From: the human T2T-CHM13v2.0 reference genome, Homo sapiens
Length of the DNA: 64,000 nucleotides
Assembly (NCBI RefSeq): GCF_009914755.1
Contig: NC_060929.1
Direction: 5' to 3' (one strand)
The notes under the pieces were generated by a model. The model did no database searches, was not told the DNA's origin, and saw nothing but the letters and a program-made list of their open reading frames with translations. The translations under genes were made by a program, and so were the position numbers. Below, piece after piece: positions 17,973 through 32,304 of this stretch (position 1 is the first letter of the stretch; each line of letters opens with the position of its first letter).

Positions 17973-18343
17973 TCTGGACTCTTAACAGTGGCAGGGGGCA
18001 GGGGATACAGTGGGGAGAGAGGGGGCCCACAGCTTAAGGAGAAGATGTTCTCATCCAGGTCATTAGCAGCAACATGGCAACCACCTGGCGAAGGAGAGAA
18101 AGGAGAAAGAGGGTAGGTGATTCCCAGCCAGCAATTGATTACTAAAGGCAATGGCTGGGAAGGGGGACAGGGGAGTTCTTGAACAATGACCAGGGAAAAA
18201 AAGATTTGGGGATCATTATTAAAGGTTCTTATAAATATTCAGTATAGAAATCATTCTACTCACTTTGTTAAATATGGTGAAAAATAATCTGAAAATCTTT
18301 CCTATAATTATTCCTTAGTAGCTAAAGACATTACCATCACTTT

Positions 18344-19338
18344 TATAAAAGAATATAAATTTTCAGGACCCTCTAAATTATGCCAAGGGGAAAATTAAGT
18401 CCTGGAGACTGTGTCACGTAGCAGGTTTGCAACTTCTGTTTCTTAGATTATAGAGTAACTCTCTTCCTTATTGTTCTTCTTCTGTAAATAACTAGGAAAG
18501 ACCAGAGACCAGGACTCCTCCCCTTCTTATTGAAGATCTTTGTTATAGATTAACCACCTCCTTTATTGTCCTGTACCTAACTCAGACCAGATGACCCAAA
18601 AAACACCATGACTGTTACATCTTCAGTGTGGAATGTTAAACATACCTTTCCCAAAAGAAAACCACCACCTTGACTAATCAGATCATTGTAATTATGCATT
18701 AAGCCTTGTACAGAAAGATGTTGAAATTCTTTTAAGCTCCCCTAAATTTTGTCTATGTAAGTGATATGGTTTGGCTGTGTCCCCACCCAAATTTCATCTT
18801 TAATTGTAGTTCCCATAATCCCCATGTGTCAGGGGAGGGACCCAGTGGGAGTTAATGGAATCATGGGGGTGGTTACCCCCATACTGTTCTCTTGACAGTG
18901 AATAAGTTCTCACAAGGTCTGCTGGTTTTATAAGGCGCTTTTCCCCCTTTGCTTGGCACTTCTCTCTCCTGCTGCCACGTGAAGAAAGACTTGTTTGCTT
19001 CCCCTTCCACACCATTGTAAGTTTCCTGAGGCCTCCCCAGCCATGTGGAACTGAGTCAATTAAACCTCTTTCCTTTATAAATTACCCAGTCTCAGGCAGC
19101 TTTTTTTTTTTTCCTGCAAAAACCCTCAGCTCACTGGAGGGCCAGTGGAACTCAGGCAGTTCTTTATAACAGCGTGAGAATGGACTAATACAGTAAGAAA
19201 TCCCAAACTTCTACACTTTGAAACACGGACTTCCATTCTTTGGAATCTGTGCTTCCCAAGAGGCCATCCTTAAACTCTGTACTTGAATAAACTCTCTTTA
19301 AACTAGATTCTGATCCTTTTGATTATTTTAAGTTGACA
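18344..19338 (+). mobile_element. ERV1-class (MER4-group-like) solo LTR, interrupted by THE1D
   Basis: Ends aataaactctctttaaactagattctg...ttgaca (poly(A) signal, CA terminus). Flanked by 4-bp cttt/ctct. Family name uncertain. Confidence 0.65.
18762..19192 (+). mobile_element. THE1D-like MaLR solo LTR
   Basis: tgatatggtttggctgtgtccccacccaaat ... ggactaataca. Perfect 5-bp TSD gtaag at 18757-18761 and 19193-19197. Confidence 0.92.
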
Positions 19339-20322
19339 CTCTTGAGGGGTTAAAAATAAGAAACTATACCAGTCCATGTCGGTACTATAGCCCATTTCAA
19401 GAGGTCAGGACTGATGCACATTTTAGATATTTCCATCCCATACTACAAAAAATAAAGTTTCAACACTCAGAAGGTGAACTTTATTCATGAAATATTATAA
19501 CTCATTCCCCAACAGTAGTAAATGTGAAATATTTCTATACTATTTTTAAATTGAAAAAAGAGAAAGAGTAGTGTTTTTAATACTATATGGTAGCCTAGTG
19601 GAATGAATTAACTAGGACTCCAAGGTTCTCCAATCACAGTGAGGACCCCACCTGCAGCCACTATTCCTAGGACCCTGCCTGTGAACAGCTGTGGTCAATT
19701 TTCCCACTCCTGCCAACCAGAGCTCGGCTCACTGTCAGCCTAAAGCCAGCAGCTGCCATCACTGGAGCCTGATCTCTCCCCTGCTTTTTCTTAGGTCCAG
19801 ATCCCTGTTCTCATCAACTGTCACAGTTACTGCCTTAGCTCCAACCCTACCTGTAACCCTTTCCAGTGTCTTGGGAATGTGAAATGAAATCCTAGGCATG
19901 AAATCATTACTAAATATCTAAGTATTACATAAAAGCAAGACATTATCACCTAGAGCTATTAGCATATTCATGTTTGAGATATTGGGGGTTCTTTTCCCTT
20001 TATTTATGCTACATGGTTCCTAAGATATATACTGTAAATATCCTCACCATGCTAAGAAAACTTATTTCAGTGAGGAAGAAAGTCTTATTTTCATTTCTTT
20101 AGTGTATTCTCCTAATTTAAAGTATAAATGAAAAAAAAAGCATATGATAGGTTTTGAAATTGTTTTTCTTTGACTTCTAAATTAAGACATTCTTTTCCAA
20201 ATTGTGTCACAGAAAAGTAAGAGTCTTCCACTAGAAATTAACATTTTCTTTAAGAAGCTTCTAGTAGATCAGGTGTATAACATTACATTTGCTTCCATTC
20301 TGCAAAGTGCTGACATGGGGGT

Positions 20323-20622
20323 GTTTTTTTGTTTGTTTTTCTTGAGATGGAGTCTTGCTCTGTCACCCAGGCTGGAGTTCAGTGGCACGAGCTTGGCTCA
20401 CTGCAACTCTTCCTCCCGGGTTCAAGCGATTCTCCTGCCTCAGCCTCCTGACTAGCTGGGATTACAGGTGCATGCCACCAGGCCTGGCTAATTTTTGTAT
20501 TTTTAGTAGAGATGGGGTTTAACTATGTTGGTCAGGGTGGTCTCAAACTCCTAACCTCACAATCCACCCGCCTCGGCCTCCCAAAGTGCTGGGATTACAG
20601 GTGTGGGCCAGTGCACCCGGCT
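20323..20622 (-). mobile_element. Alu (S-like)
   Basis: Reverse dimeric Alu. Confidence 0.93.
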
Positions 20623-22146
20623 GACAGGGGGCTGTTTTTAAAAGAAAGATATTTTATGAATATGTTACTTTCAGTCTGTAGTGTCACTAGTATGGGGAAT
20701 TATCCTGCTGAAAAAGAGAAAGAAGGTTCCTTCTTAACATATGTGAAATGGTAATTAGCAGTACCTTCCTGAGTCCAGCATCAGCAACTGTGTTTCAGTT
20801 ATGAACTGCCTCCAAATGCTTTTTTCCTCTTAAGTGCTTTTTAAAATAGGCACAATTTTAAGTTAGCCTGTGGATTCTTCATGTGGCTTTCTTTAATGAT
20901 TTTTATCTTAGAACAAGTTCCTTATGCTACAATCTATATATAGTACCTGAGAAATTAGCCCAGAATTAGATTCAACATCGGGATAAAATCGTGAAAAGCT
21001 CAGCTCCTCAAACTGGTGAGTTGCATCATTTTATACAGAATTGAAAATGTAAACATGTATTAGCTGTCTTAAACATTCTTGGGTTACAGCTTGACTATTG
21101 ATTATTTCATTCACTTATGTCTATGACTGAAACTTTCCTTTGAAGATACTGGGAATGCTGGATACTGCTATAGCATGTTTCAGACACGATAGGAAAATGA
21201 CCATCCTCTCATCTGGCAATTTCCAAACAGTTACCTACGAACAGCGGCTATGGTAATAACACTCCTTCCATGGCTAGCAAGCTTTTAGGGCCTCCTATTG
21301 TCCTCAGTTCCGTGTTTTCCCCACCACCCTAGTTAAGAGAGCCCACCCACAAAGATCTATTATTTCACTCCAGTTGCTTCCTCTTATCTGCTTAATGTTA
21401 TGGAACCCTGTGAGGGAATATTCCATCGTTCTTCAGTAGGAATGAATTTGTATTGTGGGCAGATTACAGTTGTTGCACAGATTAAGGTATGGCAGATTGT
21501 GAACCTGTAATAGGTAGCTGGCTTCTGCTTGCCTCTCCATATTTGAGAGGAATGCCCTGAATGACCCATCCGAGAATGGCTGTCACTGCACCAGGTGTCA
21601 GTGATGACTGCACATTAGAATCACTGGTAGGAGCCCAGGAGGAGGAATAATGAAACACCAATGATTGGGTCCCACCTCAGACCAATGAATCACAATATTT
21701 GGCATCAGTATTTCTTATAAGTTTCCCAGATGATTCTAATATATGGTCAGGACTGAAATCATTAAGGTGAATCATGAGCTGGGACTCAGAATCTCTGGTC
21801 TTGGATATTAGCTGTGAACTAGGGAGGCTGATTAAGTACATGAGGTCTGGAGTCAGAGAGCATGAGTTTAAATTCTGATTCTGACTCTCAATAGCTCTGT
21901 GACCTTGAACAAGTTACTTAACTTCTCTAAGCCAGTTTGCTTATGTGTAAAATGGTGGCTCCCTCAAAGAATAATACACAGTTCTCTTAAGACTTTACCT
22001 TGTTAAGTGTTAAGGTGCATCCATAAAATGTCAAATATGTAGAAGAAAACTGAGGATTTAAGCCAATTACCTAGCAACTATTTTTCCAATTATCTGAATA
22101 TTTGTTTAGATTTAAATTTAAAATCTGTGTATTTCCACATATTTGA

Positions 22147-22485
<339 letters not shown>

Positions 22486-22742
22486 TATTATTTTTTAATG
22501 AATGTCAGGAGTTGTATAACATTTGATAGTGTAAATATAATTTGAAGTTCGAGGTAAAGTTGTCTTCTGAAAGATTTTACCTTAGCTTGTGGAAGTCAAA
22601 TAAGGATGCCAGCAATCTGGCATTTAACTCATTCAGGGAAGATTTCCAATACTGAGTTCAAACAGGCAGAAACTGGAAGGGGAACCAGCAGCCACATACC
22701 AAGTCCAAACAGGTATGTAAACCAGAATCCACACGGTGATCT

Positions 22743-23148
22743 TCTTATAGTTTAGATATTTGACCCTCCTCCAAACCTCATGTTTAAATTTGATCCCCAG
22801 TGGGAGCCTAATGGCAGCTGTCTGGGTCATGGAGGTGGATCCCTCACGAATGGCTTCATGCCATCTTTGCAGTTATAAGTTCTCACTGTATTAGTTCCTG
22901 AGAGGGCTGGTTGTTAGAAAGAGCCTGGCATCTCTCTCTCTCTCCTCTCCTGCCATGTGATCTGCACACGCCAGCTCAACTTCACCTTCCATGATGACTG
23001 GAAGCTTCCTGAAGCCCTTACCCAGAAGCAAATGCTGGTGCCATGCTTCTTGTAGAGTCTGCAGCACCACGAGCCAAATAAACCTCTTTTCTTTATAAAT
23101 TACCCAGCCTCAGCTATTCCTTTATAGCAACACAAACAGACTAAGACA
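22743..23148 (+). mobile_element. MSTB-like MaLR solo LTR
   Basis: Ends aataaacctcttttctttataaattacccagcctcag...actaagaca. Flanks gatct/gacct. Confidence 0.85.
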
Positions 23149-24153
23149 GACCTGCACCAAGGACCTTCAGGCATTGTCAAAGAGGCAAAGTGCAGGAAAT
23201 TGGAAGAACCAGGGAGCACTGCATATTCTATAATTTGTTGTGTCAGGGTCCCACTGAAGTATTATTTTTATGGGTGTTCTTAATGAAGCCATATTTTGAG
23301 CCCAGTGTCTGACAATACAAATATTTGTTCCCATTTCAAAAGCATTTATAAGCTAAATCCAGAGAACTTAGCTTAAACTTTACCTCATGAAGTTAACTCT
23401 AGGTTAACAAAATAATCATAATAATAAGATTATTCATGTGTTACACAAAAGCATCAGTATAGTAAATGTGAAAAATAAGCTCATTGGTATACCAGGTATA
23501 TGGATTAGAAGACCCAATATTGTTAAGACATCCATTCTCCCCAAGTTGTTCTATAGTTTCAAATATAAATCCAAGCAGACACTTTGGGCAGGGGGGAGCT
23601 GGCATATAGAAATTGACTAGATGATTCTAAAATTAACATGGAAATGCAAAAGATCTAGAATAGCAAAATATTCTTGTAGGGAGGAAGTACAAGGTTAGAG
23701 GAACTGCCCTGATCCCAAAATTTATGGATCCCTTAACCAAAAGTTTGTCATAATAAAGCCTCACCTTACATCTAAGCCAATCATTTTTTAAGTCATTTTA
23801 TTAATTACTCACAGCACATGCACATAATATACCAAAATTTTTAAACTATATTTCTATTGAAATACTACCAACATAGTATTCCTCAAAGTGTGATCTGGGG
23901 ACCACTCTTAAGAATCACCTTTTAAGAGTTTCTCTAAAATGCTGATGTACGGATTTCTCCCACGCCTAATAAATCACACCCTAGAGGTGGGCTCCAGGAA
24001 TCTTCCTTTTTAACAAGCTTCCCAGGCTGATTCTGGGATACTGTATAATTTGAAAAGGACTTCCCTAGAATTTATTAGATTTTTCCCTAAACAACAATGG
24101 CCTTTTCCTACATTTGTCTGAAAAGACATTAGTGTAACAAGATTTTGCTATCA

Positions 24154-24390
<237 letters not shown>

Positions 24391-25124
24391 TCAGCATAGC
24401 ATAAAACTTGTTAAACAAACTAATGTTTCAGCATTTAATTGCCTAATGCAATTGATTACCCGTGACGAGGCTAATCAAATGACAAGGCTAATCAGCACCA
24501 TTTCTCAACATGTCTATATCTGGTGGCAGAAGGCATTAAAACATTACTGCATAAAAACTCAAATCTATTCCTCATTCGCCTTTAGAATATAGGCGCTATC
24601 ATGTAACACTAACAGTTTTATTTTTTATCAGAGTTGAAACTCAGTAAGGGTGATAAAATCTCAATCCTTCAAAGCTATATAATGGTAAAAATAATGTACA
24701 GTTAATGTGACTTGTTACAGGTTTTTACTCTAAGGTGATCACATAAATGAGTGCAGGATTCAAACAATGTTTGTTGTTACTGATGTTGCGAGACTGGCTT
24801 CAAGGTTATTTACAGAAGTGGTTCTAGGAAGAGTCATCTTTAGTCAGATGCTGACACCCACTGGTGAAAGATACAAACCTTTCCTAATAGAGGATCTCTA
24901 GACATAACAGAGCCAACAGATCAAACTAAAGTGAGCACTGAAATAAGACTTTTCTACCTAAAATGATCTCAATTTCACCCCAGATTTAAATGGCATCAAC
25001 GGCCTATCCCATAATTTAGACTTCACATGGAAGAAAATGGGTTTTCTCAAATATAGTTGTTTCTGCAAATGTTCCATCTTTTCTATATTTTAAAATATTA
25101 TATTTCTATATTTTAAAGTATTAA

Positions 25125-25415
25125 AATAAGCTGTGCTACGTATGATTCCACTTGTATTAAATGCCCACAACATGTAAATCTATAGAGACAGAAAATAGAT
25201 TAGTGGCTGCCTAGGGCTGGAGGGACTAGGGGGAAATGGGGAGTGATTGCTGAGGTGGATGAGTTTCTTTTTTGGGGATGATAAAAATGTTCTACAATTG
25301 GATTGCCATGATAGTGGCACAACCTTCTGAATTTATTAAAAATCATTGAATTGTACACTTTAATTGGGTGAATTGTATGATATGTGAATTATACTTTGAT
25401 AAAGTTATTAAAAAG
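25125..25415 (+). mobile_element. L1MB-type 3'UTR fragment
   Basis: aaatctatagagacagaaaatagattagtggctgcctaggg...gtgaattgtatgatatgtgaattata; same text type as 16080-16300. Confidence 0.7.
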
Positions 25416-27152
25416 AAATATTTGCTAGACTCTTAGCTATCTCCTGACATATACTGCTTATTAACCTTAAAATGAGGATGATAAAATTGACCTAGCTCTT
25501 TCTTCAGTCCTGAACTTTCCCTATAATGAAAATTAAGAGCTTTACATAGTTTATATAATAAATCAATTCATTTTAAATTAAATTCTCCTTTTCTATGACT
25601 CAATAAATTCAAGATCTTGAATACAATTAATACTTTGGTCTTAAAATAACTTTTATATGGCAATCTTTTCTCCTATGTATATAATGGAAAACGAAATACA
25701 AAGTACTTGTTAATTAATGTGTAACAGAGAAAGAAATGTATCCATAAAAATAGTTTCAGCCCTTACATGGGTGATTAGAATGTCAGAACACTGGAGGTCT
25801 ATTTAAGGTTTTTAATAACTACTGGGCATTAAAGCTTGAGGAAATCACTTCAGGTTCTTTAACTGTTAAGTGTGAGCTGCTTTCTATCAGTTAGCAGAAT
25901 ATAGGACAGATACACTTCATTAGCAAAGGCATGAACTACAAATATTTAAAAGATAATACAGATAGGAGAATTCCAGAAATAAAACTATTCACATACTTGG
26001 CAAAACTAATACCAAGCAACCATGTGACAATCACATGAAGCTTTTCTTCATAATAATGATTCACAAATTTGAACTTCAATACTGAGCCTAAAGATGATGG
26101 CAGCCTATGCTTTTGGGGGAAAAAAATAGAAAATGCTTCTTGAACAACCAAATCTTCTCTGATGCTTTATGTACCAGCTGCATTGAGATATAATTCACAT
26201 ACCACACAAGTCACTCATTTAAAGTGTAAAAGACATTGGTTTCTAGTGTATTCACAGGCTTGTGCAACTATCCCACCATCACCTGATTTTTAGCAAAAGA
26301 GCTGAGATGTAACAGTGAGAAGAGCTGTGTGGTCATCATAACCTTCTTGGCTGCAAGTCTCCCTTCAAATGAATTTGGGGTGTGTGTTCATCTAAATCCA
26401 GGTTAGGCTTCTTAATTCTCATAAAAGGATATCATTTCTACCTTCTGTCCAGCTGAATTTTTAAGTACCTAACTTGGTTTTAATAAAAAATTCAAAATAT
26501 CTACAGCCCATCCTCTTCCCAGAGTATAGATATTGACTCATCTTTTAGCAAAGGCCTGATTGAAAAATTTCTAAGGATGTACAGGCTGTTTGCTCCTCTA
26601 GAATTTCCAAGATGACAAAGTGATCTTACATCAAGTCTAATTTTAACAGCTATTTGAGGTACTGAGAATACATCCGGGTCCATTTAAAAAAAAAAAAAAA
26701 AAAAGCTAAGATTGAGTAGTGAGGTCTGCTGGTGGACCTGGATGAGAGTGGGGCACACACACCCTCCTGTCTGACATCCTTGCATCTTGATTTTAACCCT
26801 GAATCCAATGAGGCATTACAGAGCCATGTGCTTCAGCTGCATTGTTTTGGCCCCCATATAATTACTTTTACTGAATTGCACTTTGGTGCTCTGGCCCTAG
26901 CTTGAACAGAAGAAAATACCTCAAAACATCTACAAGAAAACCACCTAACGTATTATTAAAATGACATTTTTAAAGATGTTGTCCACCTTACCTTCTCCTT
27001 CTCCCAAAGGAGAAATTTCTGTCAGGCCTAAGAGCCAGAAAATGCTTTTGCTTTTCCTGAACATCTGGTTTCCATTTATCTTGTAAATAATGTAACTCTT
27101 ATAGTCTTTTCCTTTCTTTCTCCCTCTTCAGACAAATAAATTTCAAATCTCA

Positions 27153-27519
<367 letters not shown>

Positions 27520-28065
27520 TTAACCTATTCCATCTTTTTCTACTCATCCTGATTATTTAATCCTGTTTAAACTTTCTATGTTCAATATGTGTTCCTTTTT
27601 GGCTACGGAGGGTTGTAAATAAATAAATGAACAGATGGGAGGTAGGTAGGTAGCTAAATAGCTAAACAGATAGCTCACTATAAAAAGAACTTGAAAGAAA
27701 GATATATAGCTACTGGCAAGATACACAGGTTATTAATTCAGGCACAGGTTATTACAGGTTTAAAGAGGGCATATTTTAAAACAAACTCTAGGTTTCACAT
27801 TTAGTTTCATAGGGCTATCAAGTTTATAAAATACTTATTATTATTTCTTATTATCCTTCTTATTACCATTTATTTGGCCTCCTCATTTTCCTTTGTTTTT
27901 TAAAACCTATCTTCCCCAACTTTGTGATTGCAAAAACAGATTTCACAGGTGGAAGAATGCCAATGGAAGAGTCTTCCCCCACCCCCTTCAAAAAAAAAGG
28001 AAAAATTGTGAATACATTCCACAGGGAGAAAAAAACACACCAAACCTTTGTGAAGGAAATATTCA

Positions 28066-28072
28066 TTTTTTA

Positions 28073-28121
<49 letters not shown>

Positions 28122-28407
28122 TTTGAGACAGAGTCTTGCTCTGTTGCCCAGGCTAGAGTGCAGTGGCATGATCTCGGCTCACTGCAAGCTCCACCTCCTG
28201 GGTTCATGCCCATTCTCCTGCCTCAGCCTCCTGAGTAGCTGGGACTATGGGCAAGTGCCACCATGCCCGGTTAATTTTTTTGTATTTTTAGTAGAGACAG
28301 AGTTTCACCGTGTTAGTCAGGATGGTCTCCATCTCCTGACCTCGTGATCCGCCTGCTTCGGCCTCCCAAAGTGCTGGGATTACAGGCGTGAGCCACCGCA
28401 CCCAGCC
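28066..28407 (-). mobile_element. Alu (Y-like) with (TTA)n microsatellite tail
   Basis: Reverse Alu, about 15 TTA units at 28076-28120, TSD core ggaaatattc. Confidence 0.95.
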
Positions 28408-28732
28408 TGGAAATATTCTTACATTAGGTTTTGCCAGGCATTAAAAAAATAAAAAATCAATCCATATCCCTTTTTGGTAATAAGGGTCTCTGAGAGTACA
28501 GCGGTCTCCAACGTGGATAGTAAACTCTTGCAAGGCCCTAAGGTGGCATTTAGAACTCCAACAAAGGTAATGGGTTTGCCCACCATAAGGTCAGCACAGA
28601 GCCCTGTTTACAGAGGTAACATTAGAAAGCAGCCCCATTACAGTGCCGACTGATTCACTCTGTGTTCAAATATCCAGTTCTTTCATTTGATTGCACTTGG
28701 GTGTGTTTTATGAGATGGCTGCAGTTAGTCTA

Positions 28733-28972
<240 letters not shown>

Positions 28973-29370
28973 TTATAGATTAATGACATTGAAATATTGT
29001 GAACAAGCAGATAAAATGGCCTTCTACCTTACTGATCATATCTGTTGACTTGGATGTTTAACTCTATTCCTGTACTGGCTTGAGGATATTTCTGAAAGGC
29101 AGAATTCTCTTATTCAAATGAAGTAGTGGACATAAACAGGATTTGAAAGACAAATAAAACCATTCCAACGAACAGATATTTTCAATATTTATCAAGGCAC
29201 TATGTTAGAAACCATTAACTTGTTACTTTTTGCCTCAAAAAAGTAGCAATAATATGTGGTGTGAATCTAACAAGAAAAAAGCGTTCCAATTTTGGGCACA
29301 CAAGAAGTTGGTGTTTGATTAGAAGACACTTCTGTAATCTTCGAAAACTTGGTGATTTTTTTACAAGTGG

Positions 29371-29692
<322 letters not shown>

Positions 29693-29699
29693 TAATAAA

Positions 29700-30317
29700 A
29701 CGATTATTGCATTTTTTATTCTACTTTATGTAAATCATTATCTCAAAAGAGAGTGTTCAACTTTTTCTTATAAAAAGCGGCCATCTGACTGCTGCTTGGG
29801 AGTGGCTCACGCAAGTATGCCCAGGGCATAAGGTCCATACAGCAACTAAACTTTAAGCAATGACCACTTCTTAACTTTTGGTGTAATATTGAGTTGAATA
29901 CCCACAATTATATGAAAAGGATATTAAAATAGCCCTCTTCCAACTACACATCTTTGTGGGGCCAGATTTTTCTTCAACTTTTACTAAAAATAATATATCA
30001 TAACAGGTTAAATGCAGAAGCAGATACAACAACCTAGCAAACTTCTATTAGTAGAAAAGATGTACAAAAAATATAAAACAATGCCATTCTTCTCACTTAA
30101 CTATTTGGTTTTGAAAAATAGAGCTTTTTTCATAAGTTATTTATGTTAATATAGTGGGTTTATTACTATTTTTCATTGAATAAAAAAATTTATAATTTGT
30201 TTTAACTTATGGGGCAAATTTTGAATGGTAGCAACCCATTTAAATCTATGCTCCCTGGGGTCCTCAATAATTTTTAAGCAAGTGCAAAACCCTAAGACCA
30301 AAAAGTTTGAGAACTGA
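29700..30317 (+). mobile_element. Charlie1-like hAT DNA transposon fragment
   Basis: Degenerate transposase C-terminal text (ttccaactacacatctttgtg...aatgcagaagcagata) and terminus accaaaaagtttgagaac. Confidence 0.6.
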
Positions 30318-30341
30318 TACTCTAATGTCCAATAGTGATCA

Positions 30342-30869
<528 letters not shown>

Positions 30870-31745
30870 TTACTAGACAAGTTCAAAAGGCCCGCCCAGA
30901 ACCCAGTTTGGCCCTGTCACAGCTCTTGTGCTGGTGGGTGCCACTGTAGCCCCTGCTGCGGCATGACAGGGTATCCCTCCTTGTCTACCCAGTCCCACCC
31001 TTCCCTAAAACTTAACACCTCCTGCCTCCTTGTCCTGGCTTAGCCAGGGAGATGCTCTTCTTTGTAGAAAGTGGGACTGGGGTCTCAAATTCAACTCTGC
31101 ACCAGACACCAGCCTTCCCCAGCCCTGGGAGCTCTTGATTTATAGAATAAACAGGCTCTGGGGACACAGGAGGTAAGAGTGCCAGTTCTCAACCCAGGCC
31201 ACGGCTGGTCCCTTCATCAGCTATAAGGTGGAGAGCAAGAAACTTGTTGCTAACAAATGATTTTTATAAGTGTTTGTGAGTATTTTATTTGCCTTATAAT
31301 TTAAAGTGGAATAGCATAAGGCTCAGAGGATTAAATCCCATCCTGGCTTTATCACTTATGAGCTTTGTAACCCCGGGCAGTAACTTCATTCAGTAACTCA
31401 CTAACTTCAATAACTTTAGTAAGTTAGGAATTGCACCTGCTATTGCTTTACTGCATGATCTCTTTCCACATCCTCCTAAAAGAACCACATGGAATATCTT
31501 AAGTGTTAAGTTAAAGTGGGTTTATCTTGAGGATGATAGTTAAGTTCACTATCTTGATGTGGTGATGGTTTCACAGGTATATACCTATCAAAGTTTATCG
31601 AATTGTATACTTGAAGTGTGTACAGTTCATTGTATGTCAATCATATCTCAATAAAACTGTTTAAAAATAAAAGTGAGTTTAAGTTTCCTACTGAGATTGT
31701 TATGCCTCTCCTAGAAATAATTAGACACCTATCTACATTGGGAGA

Positions 31746-32204
31746 TGTGTCAGATACCTTCTGTTTGCCCTTCAAATCCACGCTGCTTTCTCAGTCCTGC
31801 TCTCTGCCCTAGGAGGCTGACCTATGAGGATCAAGTCAAAGGACACTTGTCTTCAGGTTTCTGATTGGGCTTAGCCAATGGGGAGCCCTGGCAGGAGTGA
31901 GAGGGAAAGAGGAGAGTGCATGGCCTCACCTGACACGCTGCTTAGCCTGGCTACATGAGTCTCTCTACCAAAGGTCACTCTGGAAGCAGACTTCTTTCTC
32001 TATCTGCCTCTCTCCTTCTAGGTTCTGGTAATTGGCCCTTCCTTTCTTCTCTTCTGGTCTAGGAGTAGTAACAGCTCCACTGGATTACTACACTATCCCT
32101 AGCATTTTGCCCCACACATTCACACCTTTTAAAATGGTCCCTTTGTAAATAAACCCTCCCTAATTTGAATGTGCCACCTCTTTCCAGCTGGGACCCTGAA
32201 TGAT
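31746..32204 (+). mobile_element. LTR33-like ERVL solo LTR
   Basis: tttgcccttcaaatccac...aggaggctgacct...gccaatggga...aataaac...gctgggaccctgaatgata resembles the remembered LTR33 consensus. Confidence 0.65.
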
Positions 32205-32267
32205 AAGGATGTTATAATATCCAGGCTGGGAAAGGGAAGCATTCCTCTTAGCACATTTGCACGCATA

Positions 32268-32270
<3 letters not shown>

Positions 32271-32302
<32 letters not shown>
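32271..32302. repeat. (AC)16 microsatellite
   Basis: Read directly from the sequence. Confidence 0.95.

Positions 32303-32304
<2 letters not shown>

Noticed and set aside
26686-26704. Isolated A-run as a possible retro-insertion tail
   Set aside because: No convincing TSD and no recognisable upstream element.
29770-29874. Imperfect terminal inverted repeat with internal TATGCCC-A-GGGCATA hairpin and minus-strand T5, resembling a small Pol III RNA
   Set aside because: No match to small RNAs I know, no A/B boxes, and it appears continuous with the Charlie1-like fossil.
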